The translations under genes were made by a program, and so were the position numbers. The notes under the pieces were generated by a model, which was given only the letters and a program-made list of their open reading frames with translations, did no database searches and was not told the origin of the DNA. Below are positions 1 through 12,477 of a stretch of DNA of 64,000 nucleotides, piece after piece. The stretch spans positions 23,250,001 through 23,314,000 of the forward strand of contig NC_043016.1 in NCBI RefSeq assembly GCF_006345805.1, given 5' to 3'. The first letter of the stretch is position 1; every line of letters starts with the position of its first letter. The stretch comes from Octopus sinensis (lineage: Eukaryota).

Positions 1-577
1 CACAGCCCTGGTACTACAGAGGTGATTAGAATTTTGAAGCCAAGACAATCAGCAGGTGACCTATGGGTAGACCAAGAATGAGACAGTTGAATAATAAATA
101 TCCATAGTTTTGATTAGACTTGGGAAGCCAGCTGGTAAATGTAATGATGGTTGCTTCTGGTAAGACCTTTTGGAGAAGGTGCATGAGGACTCTATCTTCA
201 TAACCCTTTTAGGAATAGTGGGCATAGAAAATAAATGGATGGATGGAATCTTTTCTCCATTTAGTTCAAACTTAATTAATAATCCACATGATAATTTTAT
301 CACCAAATATTCCAATAAGAATTTTAACCTATATCCAATTTTTTAAAAAACTTTGGGTTCTAGTTTAGAGTTTATAAAGGAGTTGAATTTACAATCATAC
401 AACAAAATATAATCAGTGAAGCCTAAATTACATACATTTCAGTGAATATAGGTTATTCTAAAAACCAATGTTTCATTCATTCAACATTTCTGATTGCCAT
501 AAGTTAGCGTTATTAGTTAGAGTCTATGATCAAAATATAGATGTCACTAAATGCAACATCAATATTTTGTGACTGAA

Positions 578-900
578 GGTGCATGGCTTAGTGGTTAGGG
601 TATTTGGCTCACAACTGTAAGGTTGTGAGCTTGATTCCCAGTGGCATGTTATGTCCTTGAATTAAATACTTTATACCCTATTGCCATAATCCACTCAGCT
701 GGCAAAATAGAGTAGTACCATGTATTTCAAAGGGCCAGCCTTGTTACATTCTGTGCGATGCTGAATCTCTCTGAGAACTATGTTATGGGTATGTGTATCT
801 ATCAGTGCTCAGCCACTTCCATGTTAATTTCAAGAGCAGACTGTTCTGTTGATTGGATCAACTGGAACCCTTGTTGTCGTAACTGGCAGAGTGCCAGCTT
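578..900 (+). mobile_element. tRNA-derived SINE, family C (head gtggcttagtggttaggg...)
   Basis: A/B-box-like head; body shared with 32999-33260 and 56133-56462. Confidence 0.7.
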
Positions 901-1324
901 GTATTTTGGGTAATCGTAAGTACATTTGTTATGTAAGTGTAAAGCAGTGAGTTGGTAGAACTGTTAGCAAAGTTTCTTCCAACTCTTTATGTTTTGAGTT
1001 CAAATGTTGCCAAGGTCAACTTTGTCTTTTACCCCTTTTACCCCTACAAGGTTGATAAAATAAAGTACTGACCAAGTAATCGACTTGCCCACCCACCCAC
1101 CCATCAAAATTACTAGCCTTCATACCTTGCAACAGACTGGCAACCTGTTTTGGAGGAATGTTGTGATCTTGGTCACTTATATACCATAGAAACCAAGTAA
1201 CTGGCCCTAGGAGTCCTTGGGCTTCAGACAAAAAAAAATACATATATATAAATGTATTTAAATCCACAATTTCTAATTGCCCTACAATACACAGTTTATT
1301 CAATATATTTAAAAGAACATGTTA

Positions 1325-1910
1325 AGACAGCGAGCTGGAAGAATCATTAGCATGCCAGGTGAAATGCTTAGCTACGTTCAGTCAGTTTTTACTCTTACTT
1401 GTTTCAGTCATTTGACTGTGGCCATGTTGGAGCACTGCCTTTAGTCGAGCAAATCAACCCCAGGATTTATTCTTTGTAAGCCTAGTACTTATTCTATCGG
1501 TCTCTTTTGCCAAATTGCTAAGCTACGGGGACGTAAACACAACAGCATTGGTTGTCAAGTGATGCTGGGGGGGACAAACACAAACACACACATACATATA
1601 TATGATGGGCTTCTTTCAGTTTCCATCTACCAAATCCACTCACAAGGCTTTGGTCGGCCTGAGGCTATAGTAGAAGACACTTGCCCAAGGTGCCACACAG
1701 TGTGACTGAACCTGGAACCATGTGGTTGGTAAGCAAGCTACTTACCACACAGCCACTCTTTCTGAATTCAAATTCTGCCAAGGTAAACTTTGCCTTTCAT
1801 CCATTTGGGGTTGATAAAATAAGTGCTGGTGAAGTAGCGGGGACAATGTAATCGACTTACCTCCTTTCCCAAACTTGTTGGTCTTGTACCAAAATTTGAA
1901 ATCAATATTT
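1325..1910 (+). mobile_element. SINE family B copy split by a family A SINE (B parts 1325-1388 and 1759-1910)
   Basis: Head gcgagctgg(c)agaa... resumes after the insert as ttctgaattcaaattctgcc...tttcatcc...gataaaataag. Confidence 0.75.
1389..1758 (-). mobile_element. tRNA-derived SINE, family A (octopus OR1/OR2-like, internal CA/TA microsatellite)
   Basis: Near-identical to more than 12 other copies in the window. The family name is from memory of octopus OR SINEs and was not verified. Confidence 0.85.
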
Positions 1911-3114
1911 ATCATATGATGTATGAAAGACTATTTTTTCTTATCATATTTGAAAGAAAATCAGGACAGTCAATTGATAAAGGAGGAAATACAAGCGTAA
2001 AAGGATAAAAAACACTGGTCTTATTGACCATACAACTTTAGTATCATGAATGAGATACCATCATCATTATTTTAATGTCCACTTTTCCATACTTGCATGA
2101 GTTGGATGGAATTTGTTAAGGTGAATTTTCTACAACTTAATATCCTTTTTTGTTACCAGCCCTCACCTGTTTTCAACTAAGTGATTCCCGTCCCCATAAC
2201 CAGGCATGTTTTTATGGAAGACTGTATGATGGTGACACTCACACAAAGTCAAGGCAAGTAGACAGTAATACACACATGCAACACCCACAACTTATTTAGT
2301 GTCTCCAAGAGTGATGGGAAAGACAAAGGGAGGAAGGTACCCTTAAACAGGCAACCTGGCTTGAATGCTTGTAACAAAGTGGACTCTGTTAAAGGCATCC
2401 AAATCCCAAACAAGTAGTTTAGATAAAGTTCTACCACCCCAAAACATTGATAGTAGGCCTTTAACTGGATCAAATACACATTACTTTATGATAATCCTGT
2501 TACCCTATTTAATATTTGTCTAGCAAATATGCTCTATGTTATATTTGTTAATGAAGAGATACTTTTAAAATTAGATGAGGAGGGTGTGGTGTGCATGACC
2601 CTGAATCCGTGTTTCTAAGAGTGTTGGAAGTAGAGAAAGGAAAAGCTGTTCTTAGGCCAGAAACATGGCAAGAATATTTGCTTTAAAAGTAGACTTAGTG
2701 AAAGGTATGCAAGGTGCCATGTGGTGATGTTAAGCCAAGCAATGGATTGACTGAAAAAACTAGCAGAACACACTGTTTAATATTAGGAAGAGTAACAAAC
2801 TGTGAGATGAGCAATAAGAGTGCCTCTATATGAAATCTATCTAACCTATTAGAGGTAACAGTCATATTTTTTTCCAATCACAGCCAGCTTTTAAAAAGAG
2901 TAAGAAACACATAAGATAATGTAGTCATGAAATATAAGTTAGGAAGGGGCATGTTTGGAGCATCTACTAATCAATCATGTCTACTTGATCAGGACTGACC
3001 TGATGTAGAGCTAAACAATAACAGAAAGAACCAGCTGGGGAGCCTTCCCTGCTCCTTTTTTTTTTTTATCAAAGAACCTATTGCCACTTAAGAAAGAAAG
3101 AAAAACAAACTTAC

Positions 3115-3168
3115 CTTTGTTGACAGCAAACTGTGTTAAACCAATAAATATCATACTAGCTGGTAAAC
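3115..3168 (-). CDS. OCIAD1: OCIAD1 coding exon 3 ((S)LPASMIFIGLTQFAVNK(G)), first hydrophobic segment of OCIA domain
   Basis: Acceptor tattctccag| and donor AAG|gtaagt, 54 nt, phase 1 to 1. It splices in frame with exon 2 to give FWYRSLPASMIFIGLTQFAVNKG, compared with human FWFRSVPLAATSMLITQGLISKG (recalled). The next exon was not found in 1-3114, so the gene continues off-window. Confidence 0.88.
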
Positions 3169-3495
3169 CTGGAGAATATAATTAAAAACCAACAATTAAC
3201 ATGGGAACAAATTAATTACAAAATATATAAAATAACTCATAAATGCATATACTACTTTTTTTTTCTAAAGAGCAGGCAAAGATGTGTGGTTAAGAAGTTT
3301 GCTTCCCAACCTCAAGGACTTGGTTTCAATCCCACTGTGTAGCAGTAACTTGGGCAAATGTCTTCTACTATAGCTCTGAGCCAACCAAAGCCTTGTAAGT
3401 AGATTTGGTAGATGGAAACTTGAAGAAGCTTGTATTTGTCTGTCTGTCTACACACACACACACACACTTATATATAACATATATACACACACATA

Positions 3496-4050
3496 CAAGG
3501 GTGGGCTAAAATGTCCATAACCTGACTATATCTGTGAAATCTTGCACGCATTGATTTCAACTCTGCATTATTTCTCTCCAGGTAAACTGACATCTGATTG
3601 TTCAAAGAAGTCTTCAAAAGTAATTAGTACCGACTTCTCTTGAAAATGAACAAATTTTGGCATTGTGGTGTTATCAAGCATTGGCAAGAAAAAGGTTTAG
3701 CCCCAAGGACATTCATGCTAATGAGGTTCCTACATTAGGGATGACATTGCAGGTTTATCAACATAGCAAAAGTGGGGAGCTGAATTTAGGAGGGGGTCCT
3801 GCAACTACCACCACTGATCGTGTTCACCACACGATGATGGATGGAAGATGATTGACTATAAATCAAATAGCCAATGCTATTAGCATATTCCGAGAGATTT
3901 GAGAATATTCTACACAGTGAGCTCGGCATGATGAAGGTTTCTGCTCGATGGGTGTCATATCTTTTGATACTTGATCAAAAGTACCCCAGGCTGATCCCAT
4001 CATGGTAAAATCTGACATTGTTTGAGGTAGTTCCAGCAGGTTTCCTTTGA
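3496..4050 (+). mobile_element. Decayed mariner transposon, 5' part
   Basis: TA-preceded terminus. Frameshifted translation resembles the mariner N-terminus (KGLAPKDIHA...NQIANAISI...ELGMMKVSARWV). Confidence 0.8.
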
Positions 4051-4562
4051 TAGAAGTTGTGTAGAAGCCTGTCATGCCCTGTAAAATTGTCCATACCAGT
4101 GCCACATAAAAGCGCCTGTAATAGGCACCCAGAACACTCTGTAAAGTGGTAGGTGTTAAGAAGGGGTCCAGCTGTAGAAAGCTTGTCAAAACAGACATAT
4201 AGAGCCTGGGTAGCTCTCCAGCTGGCCAGTACCTGTCAAACCATTTGACCTATATCAGCATGGAAAGTGAACAAATGATGAAGATGCTGATGATATGTGT
4301 GTGTGTCTGTCTTTGAGTTTGTGTTTGTCTCCATAAACTGCTCGACAACTGGTAACTTAGTGGTTCAGCATAAAAGATTGATAAAATAGTTACCAGGCTA
4401 AAAAATAAATCCTAGAGGCAATTTCTTTGACTAAAACCCTTCAAGACAGCCCTACCATGGTTGCAGTCCAACGAATGAAATATATGAAAAGTAGAAACAG
4501 ATAAAAGATGTGTGTGTGTGTGTGTGTGTGTGAATGTTTGTGCATGTGAGAATGAGTGTTTG

Positions 4563-4793
4563 TTATTTCTTTATTGCCCACAAGGGGCTAAACACAGAGG
4601 GGCGAAACAAGGACAGACAAAGGGATTAAGTCGATTACATCGACCCAGTGTGTAACTGGTACTTAATTTATCGACCCTGAAAGGATGAAAGGCAAAGTTG
4701 ACCTTGGTGGAATTTGAACTCAGAACATAACGGCAGATGAAATATCGTTAAGTATTTTGCCTGGCATGCTAACGATTCTGCCAGCTCACTGCC
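4563..4793 (-). mobile_element. tRNA-derived SINE, family B (central gcctttcatcctttcggggtcgataaa motif, Meta-domain-like)
   Basis: Reverse complement of copies at 52200 and 54416. Confidence 0.85.
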
Positions 4794-5112
4794 TCTAATG
4801 AGAATGAGTGTTTGTGTGAATGTGAGGGTGTGAATATTACCTTGCTTGGAAACAGATATGGGTTGGCGACAAGAAGGGCATCCAGTACTAGAAAACCTGT
4901 CTCAAAAAAAAAAACACTGTCTGACCCATGCAAGCATGAAAATGTAGACATTAACATGATGAGGAAAAATAAAGAAATGGGAAATGGTTAGAAGTAGAGA
5001 ATATGGAATCTTAGTAGGAAATATGGAAATATTGTGATACGGTTGTTTCACTCTTTTTACAGCCATATCAAAATAGAAACGGTCGTCTTGCAGTTGATGT
5101 TTTATTCTCTTT

Positions 5113-5491
5113 TACTCTTTTATTTGTTTCAGTCATGTGACTGTGGCCATGCTGGAGCACTGCCTTTAGTCAAGCAAATCGACCCTATGACTTATTTTTT
5201 TGTAAGCCTAGTACTTATTCTATTGGTCTCTTTTGCTGAACTGCTAAGTTACGGGGACGTAAACACACCAGCATCGGATGTCAAGCGATGTTGGGGTGAC
5301 AAACAGACACACAAACATACATACATATGACAGGCTTCTTTCAGTTTCCGTCTGCCAAATCCACTCACAAGGTTTTGGTCGGCCTGAGGCTATAGTAGAA
5401 GACACTTGCCCAAAGTGTCACAGAGTGGGACTGAACCCAGAACAATGTGGTTGGTAAGCAAGCTACTTACCACACAGCCACTCCTATGCCT
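5113..5491 (-). mobile_element. SINE family A
   Basis: Full-length match to the other family A copies. Confidence 0.85.
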
Positions 5492-6359
5492 ATATTCATT
5501 TACTCGTCACAATCATTATACTATTGGCATGCTTGGGGCATTGCATTGAAGGACTTAGCTGATTAAATTGACTCCAGTACTTATTTTATTGCTCTTTTTT
5601 TTTGCTGAGTTGCTAATTTATAGAGATAAAAAAAAAGCATTAGTTGTCAAGTAGAGACAAATACACACACACATGTAGCTTCCAAAGTTTGCAAATATCA
5701 AATTCAAATACAAGGCATTGGTTACCCCAGAGCTGTATAGTAGCAGATACTTGTTCAAGGTGCCACGCAGTGGGACTGAACCCAGACCATATGGCTGCAA
5801 AGTAGACTTCTTGACCACACAAGTCAGTTATAATTTACCTAGGAAATAACCCTAAAGTTAGGGTGGAACTTATTGGTTATATGACAACAGACAGGAATTT
5901 GAAGTGGCCCACATAACTTGTGGGTAAACTAAATGCATGTGAAGATGTTTAGAATAGTTAAGATGTAGTTGCTGTTATTGTTTTGACCCAAGTCAGCTAT
6001 AAACAAGTTTTCAGGTTTTATGTGCTTAACACTAAATTATCCATTGAAGCCATAGATATAATCCTCTTTAAGATGGTATGTTGAGTGACCAAGTGGAGTG
6101 TCCTTAGTGTGGCTGTGGATCCCAATCACTAAGTGATACAATGGGATCTTTATAGAGTGGTTGCCTAGGAGCACAACAAAATAAAAGAAGGCTACTAAAC
6201 ATGAATTTGATCTTCAATGTTAGGGGAATTGGGCATGGAGGTTGGTAGCTCCAGTGAGTAGAAACATTTCCTGTTAAAAAAAAAATGAATAAAAAAACCC
6301 AGATCTGTGTCTCAAACAAGAGTAGCTTTCTGAATATTTATTGTCCAGAATATTGATCT

Positions 6360-6730
6360 AGTGGAAGCTGTTCAGAGACATGCAACCAAATGTCAGTCAA
6401 TCACCATATCTTGGAGCATTGCTTCCCTGGGCATTGACACACTACAGTTATGATGTCTGACAATGACTTGGTCGGATCTAGAGTCCATCTTTCACCAACA
6501 ACTTTGGCTACCTTCTTGAATTCAATACCTCTACCACTCATGGACATACTTATAAAATCATAAAAAACACAGCACAGCACACATGACTTTCAGAAATATT
6601 TTTTTGCACTTAGAATTGTTGAAACATGAAGTAAACTACTCACATTAGTTGTTAGATGTCAAGACACTGCATCCTTTAAAAATTCCATGCTTCCAGAAAT
6701 TTGTCAACACTACTCTTGACTTCTTATTTA
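6360..6730 (+). mobile_element. CR1-type LINE 3' fragment (decayed)
   Basis: Translates with stops as THGHTYKII...FFALRIVET*SKL...QDTASFKNSMLPEI, the CR1 RT C-terminal motif. Same family as 53255-53986. Confidence 0.75.
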
Positions 6731-6921
6731 TTTATTCTTTATGATTCTTTTGTTTATCATTTTTTTGGTTTTATTCTGTGTACTTATTCATGTATATTTG
6801 GCTATGATTCTTTTCTTAACTTATTGCTACTTTCTGAGCCCTCTTTACTCTTTTTTGACAAGTTGTAGCGCAATCAGCGCTATATACAACAAGCTTATTA
6901 TTATCATTATTATTATTATTA

Positions 6922-7279
6922 TTTCCTCCACCTTAGCGAAGGTGGAGGTATTTTTTCAGTTATGTTTGTTTGTTTGTCTGTGGACAAGATATCTCAAGAA
7001 TCGCTGGATGGATTCAGATGAAACTTTCAGGGATCTTTGGCCTCATGACTGGCATGAACTGATTAGATTTTGGGATCGATCTGGTTGGTACCGGACAAGG
7101 ATTCTGGATTATTTTTTCTGTTTTTCTACTTAATTTTTGAGAGTGGTCAGGTTCACTTTTAGTATTCTCCTTTGTCAGAGCAGTTGCGTTTATTTCAGAT
7201 ATTCCAATTTTAAAAATCATCTCTGGCTAATCGTTGATGTTGCTTTGGTGGAGGTTTGCACTCTCTAAGTGCTCTTGTT
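6922..7279 (+). mobile_element. Non-autonomous Helentron-type (HINE/DINE-1-like) element
   Basis: 5' hairpin cctccacc-ttagcgaa-ggtggagg, a (gttt)n tract, and a 3' ggtggagg sub-terminal repeat followed by ctctctaagtgctcttgtt. It is inserted in a TT/(TTA)n context. Confidence 0.7.
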
Positions 7280-7311
7280 ATTGTTATTATTATTATTATT
7301 AATACTATTAT

Positions 7312-7826
7312 TACTGAGAAAGAGAGCAGCACATGCCATCAAAATGACACCGGGGTACAAATATACAAATCCTAATATACCCATCATGACTCCCCATCAG
7401 GTAAGAGTACACCAGACACATGCATCACAACCATATGTGCATAACATGGTGATCTCATATCAAGATAAGCAGTGCATGACCTGGCAGGCGAGGCCCAGGT
7501 TGAGTAGCCCATCCTGTTCAAAAGGTCCCTGAATAAGGGTCGTTTAAGTATGTTGAACAAAACACCCATGTTTCCAGAGGAGAACTATTCAAAGAATTCT
7601 TCTTAACACATGGTTTTGGTGCTCCCACACTACTCCTGCTCATGATCCGAGATGCACAAACAACCAACTGACAAGTAAATCTGTGGTATTGAGCAGAGTT
7701 TTTGCTGTAGCTCATCTTTTATACCAAGACAAAACAATGTATATGATAACACTTCCAATCAGTTAAGATCAGAAACCATGAGAGCCAGTGCCTGGTATTA
7801 CATCAGGGCATTTATTATTATTATTA
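7312..7826. repeat. Unclassified ~510-bp interspersed-repeat-like segment between (ATT)n tracts
   Basis: GC-richer block bounded by simple-repeat tails. There is no second copy in the window, so the class is uncertain. Confidence 0.35.
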
Positions 7827-8704
7827 TCATCATCATCATCATTATCATTATTTCATTGCTGAGGTAGTAGTAACCACTATGTGATTACCACTTAGGTGTA
7901 CAGCTAAATGTTAGCATTCTGATCAGAGTTAACATTTGTAGTAGTAATTGTGGTTTAGCCCTAAGCAGGCTCTGATTAAGCAAAACTATGATCAAAGGCA
8001 TTCCAGCCATGGACTATCCTGTCCTTTTGTATATCTAGAGTTACATTAGTCAATGTGAACATTGCTTTTCTTTAGTAATGCAACAAGGTAGGGTAAAATT
8101 TGAGAGATTTGGCTGCTATTTCTAGCAGGTAGAGAAACCTGTATTAGTAGTAGCAGTCGTGTCATATTTCTGGTTTTAACTGAGTTTATAAAAACTATTT
8201 AATCCATTTCTAAAGACCAATTGATGAATAGGTAAATATATGTGTATGTGTGTGTGTATATATACACACACACACACACATATATATGTATTTTCCCCTT
8301 ACGTAACCCTTAAAATAAATTACACATATCAAGGAACCCCTGCACAAAAAAATTATATACCATGTCTTTCTCATATTTTTTCATTGTAGTTCACATAGTA
8401 AATGTCACACACACACACACAAACATTGCGATCATGAAATTAGCACTAATTTATCTCACTCTTTCTCGCAGAACCCTAGTGTTCTATGGTACTCTGGTTG
8501 AGAAATGCTGGCTTTGAGATATCAATGATGTGACTTAATTTTTGCAATGACATTGTAGGGTAGGTGTGAAAGGCCAGATTTGGCCAGTGTGAACATAAAA
8601 CAGGTAGAACACTAGGGCCTGATATGGCAGGTTTAAATACTAAAGGGTTATTATTACACACATGTGAGTGAGAACACTTTGAGATATTTTTGGTATCTAA
8701 CATA

Positions 8705-9062
8705 TGTCAGATACTGCGAGCGCTGCTTCTGATTGGTCAATCCATGGTGATGACCTGAGGTCACGGTGACAGCGCTGCTTCTGATTGGTCAATTCATGGT
8801 GATGACCCAAGGTCACGGTGACGGCACTACTTTTGTCATTCATAAGTTACAACTAAACGTGAAGAATTTAGTTATTGGGTTAATAAAATATGGTCGTTAT
8901 TCGTGTGTAATAAATAAAATACCAAACTCATTCCCTATGGATACCGTATTTATTATAACGAGTGGCTTGTAAACGTATCTAACTCGCTTTCGCTCGTTAG
9001 ATACGTTTACAAGCCACTCGTTGTAATAAATACGGTATCCATAGGGAACTCGTTTGGTATTT
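8705..9062. repeat. Composite element: two 51-bp tandem units (8719-8825) plus a 67-bp-arm hairpin (8917-8983/8996-9062)
   Basis: The direct repeat cagcgctgcttctgattggtcaa...ggtcacggtga occurs twice. Inverted arms surround the loop tcgctttcgctc. Confidence 0.85.
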
Positions 9063-9600
9063 TCTCTATGTTCACTTTCCCATGATGCCTGCATGAATAA
9101 GACAGACTTTGTTAAGGTAGATTTTTCTACAGCCTGATGCACTGCCTGTTGTCAACTCTCACTTGTTTCCAAGCAAAGAAATATTTCCTTTTGACTGGAC
9201 ATGTTTTTTATGGAATCTTGGAAACAAATGAAACCACCTTCGTGACAATGATTCTTGTCTACAACTATCGTGTGATGTATATATGCATGCCTGTGCATTT
9301 GTGTGTGTGCGCGCACACGCATGAATGCTGACACTCCAAAGGTTTGTTTGTCACTGTTTGAAAGAAATGGTGACACGATGTTTACATTCTTTGTGAACAT
9401 TATGACCAGTTGCACTGTGCTTTTTAAGATTAAAGGAATAAAAAAAAAAATCCCTTACTTGATAAAAAAAAAAGGGTTGGCAATATGAATGGTATTCAGT
9501 TATAAAATGTTGCCCCTTTAAGTCTCTGTCTAGTATGAAAAAAATGGATGCTAAACAAACAAACTAATGAACAAGTTAAAAAAAAAAATAAGTAACTTAC

Positions 9601-9676
9601 TTCGATACCAAAAGCTTTCTCTGTTGCATTCATGAAGAACTCTGAGTTCATCACGACTCAAAGTCACTAGATTTTT
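9601..9676 (-). CDS. OCIAD1: OCIAD1 coding exon 2 (KNLVTLSRDELRVLHECNRESFWYR)
   Basis: Acceptor ttttttaacag| and donor |gtaagt, 76 nt, phase 0 to 1. The peptide matches the OCIA-domain motif as recalled for human OCIAD1 (EERRVFAECNDESFWFRS). Confidence 0.92.
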
Positions 9677-9940
9677 CTGTTAAAAAATAAATAACAATAA
9701 TAATAATAACAACAATAACAATGATAATATTGGCACAGGGCCAGCAATTTCAGGGAAGTGGCTTAGTTAATTACATCAACTCCAGGGTTCAACTGGTACT
9801 TATTTCGTCAACTTGGAAAGGATGAAATGCTGCTAAGCATCTTGCCTGGCATGCACATGATTCTGCAAACAGCAGCAGCAACAACAACAACAACAACAAC
9901 AACAACAAATGTGTGTGTGTGTGTGTGTGTATGTGTACAT

Positions 9941-10874
9941 ATTCTTTTATTTGTTTCAGTCATTTGACTGCAGCTAGCCTGGAGCACAACCTTGAAGGGT
10001 TTTAGTCAAACAAATCAACGCCAGGATTTATTTCTTAAGACTAGTACTTTGTCTATTGGACGCTTTTGCCAAACTGCTAAGTTATGGGGATGTAAACACA
10101 CCAAGACTGGCTGTCAAGCAGTGATGGGAAGGGGGACAAACACAGACACAAAGCCACACACACAGACATACACTACCGTCAGAAATTAATTAGCACCCTT
10201 GATTTGCTCACCATGAAGCATGGTGGGGGTGGTCTGATGGTGTGAGGGGCGTTCAGCTACAGTGGTGTTGGGCGGCTCTATGCCGTCGAAGGCAACATCA
10301 ACGCAGCAAAGTACGTTGAGATAGTATGGGATACCTCTTTGGTGGCGAGGAGTACGTGCTGGCCAGTCACCTGACCTGAACCCTATTGAGAACCTCTGGA
10401 GTCGATTGGGTAGGGATTTGAATGTGCAGCAATACAGGAACCGACACGAGCTGTTTGGGGCACTTCTTGCTGCATGAGGGGCCATCCCTGCACAGTACCT
10501 GCAGGCACTCATAGACAGCATGCCGACCCGCGTAGCAGCTGTCATTGCTGCCAAAGGAGGAGCAACAAGATATTGACTAAATTTCACGATTAATAACAAT
10601 TATGTGGTGTGCTGGGATATGTTTTAATAAATTTTTGATTAAAAACGAGTTCATTTCTGATAATAAGTTAATTAAATTAAGAAAATGTAAGAAAATGTAG
10701 AAATTTGAGAAGTGCTAATTAATTTCCGACGCAAGTGTATACCTAGTCCACTACCAAGGCTTTGGTTGGCCTGAGGCTGTAGTAGAAGACATTTTCCCAA
10801 GGTGTTAAACAGTAGCACTGAACCTGGAACCATGTGGTTGGAAAGCAAGCTTCTTACCACACAGCAACACCTAT
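9941..10874 (-). mobile_element. SINE family A split by a Tc1 insertion
   Basis: SINE halves at 9941-10170 and 10738-10874. Confidence 0.8.
10171..10737 (+). mobile_element. Internally deleted Tc1 transposon with TIRs and TA TSD
   Basis: TIRs CACTACCGTCAGAAATTAATTAGCAC / GTGCTAATTAATTTCCGACGCAAGTG, flanked by TA. It encodes TMKHGGGGLMV*GAFS, SPDLNPIENLW and SMPTRVAAVIAAKGGATRY*. Confidence 0.92.
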
Positions 10875-11446
10875 AGATAGATTGATCTTTCAAATAAAAG
10901 CAGTTGTGTTAGGTGTGATGGAAATGGAGAACAACAAACTCCACACAAGTGGAACTGACTGATTTGTTTAATGCTAGGTAGGTCTGGTTGAATGCAGAGC
11001 CATGAGCGTAGCCAGGATTTTGAAGAAAAGCGGGTTGCAAGTAGTAAGATGAATTCACCATCAGCTATCTAACTTACTTTTGTATGCACACGTGTGTGTA
11101 TACAAGATATACATATAACTCGTAGAGCCTCTCTCCATTGGCTACGTATGTGAAGCCTATGATCAAAGATGTCCCAACCATGAGTACATTGTTGTGTAAC
11201 CTCTGACAAAGTAGATCTGTGATCTTGTTCTAGTCATGTCGCTGTGTGATTAAAAAATTCACTTTACAATCTTGTAGGGTCTTCTATAAAAGTTTCAAAT
11301 CTTGACAGAAACTGTGTAGAAACCCACTTGAAGAACTATACCTTCTTTTTCGGTGATAGACTTAACTCATTCAATATCATCCCTGTCAGAGACAGCTTCC
11401 AATTCTATCATACAAATTATATCTATTCCAATGTGTTTATTATTAA

Positions 11447-12477
11447 CCCTTTAGCATTCAAATTACTCTGTCACATGTAAAGCTTATCTATTCACATTGT
11501 TTTGAATTAATCGTACATTATCTTGTAGCTTTGAGATTTCAATGATGTGATTGTATATTTTTAGAATGACACTGTAGGGTAGGTGAGAGTAGCCAGATCT
11601 GACTAGTTTGAGCATAGAGTAAGAAGAATATCTAGGCCAGATATGGCCAGTTTTAACTAAAGCCACATGTCATGGTTCTATGAAAAAACTCTTCATCAAG
11701 TTATGAGTCAAATAATACTAGCTTTAAAACATTTTCTTACCATATTTCTGTTGAAATACACTGTGTTTGTTTCGTTTAATTTAGAAAATAATTAAGAATT
11801 TAGTAAAATAACTTTAGCAGAATTATGCTGCTGTTTAGCATATACTTTAACCCTTTAGTGTTTAAACCGGCCATATCAGGCCAAAATTGTCTTCCTGTTT
11901 TATGCTCAAACCAGCCAGCTCTGACCTCTCACACCTACCCTACAAAGTCATTCTAAAAATAAACAGGGACATCATCAAAATCTCAGAGTCACAAGATGCT
12001 GTACAATTAATTTAAAACAATGTGAGTAAACAGGCTTTACATTTGACAGAGTAATCTGAATGCTAAAGGGTTAACATGAAGTTTTGATTTAAGAATTTAA
12101 TTTAGATCACTTTAAACATCAAATTTGTATTATTGAACCAGGGGCAATCATGGATGAATTCATAAGAAAAGTTGAAGAAAATGCTGGTTGTTTTATTAAA
12201 TTTTCCACCAAATTCTTGATTCTTTTAAAAAATAATGGAAACACATGGTTTATTTAATCCTTTGACATTCAGATTATTCTGTTAAATATAATGCATTATA
12301 TTCACATTGTTTTGAATTGATCATACATTATCTCAAGGAATTGAAAGTTTGATTATGTGATTGTGTGCTTTTAGAATGACACTGTAGGGTAGATGTGGGA
12401 GGCCAGACCTGGGTGTTTGAGCATAAAACAGGTAGAATATTTGGGCCTGATATGGCTGGTTTAAATGCTAAAGGGTT
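11447..12477. mobile_element. Cluster of ~220-bp TTAA-flanked (piggyBac-type) MITEs; complete copy at 11851-12070
   Basis: ttaa|CCCTTTAG...CTAAAGGG|ttaa at 11851-12070, with related copies in opposite orientation at 11447-11661 and 12255-12477. Partial copies occur at ~8510-8650, ~21700-21752 and ~31580-31780. Confidence 0.8.

Noticed and set aside
61-330. ORF 61-315 and the AG at ~329 as OCIAD1 exon 4
   Set aside because: Joining in phase 1 gives GGT TAA (immediate stop). There is no OCIA similarity; it is possibly a decayed LINE.
1124-1222. Apparent minus-strand exon AQGLLGPVTWFLWYISDQDHNIPPKQVASLLQ, in phase with OCIAD1 exon 3
   Set aside because: It does not resemble the expected next OCIA segment (HPxYG..PK..GYF.GKxSY), and its sequence matches the 3' tail of SINE family C (ccatagaaacc...actggccct).
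8976-9002. CUAACGA-GC-GAAA-GC-GAG as a hammerhead
   Set aside because: Two core mismatches on each side and no stem I/III; kept only as a hairpin centre.
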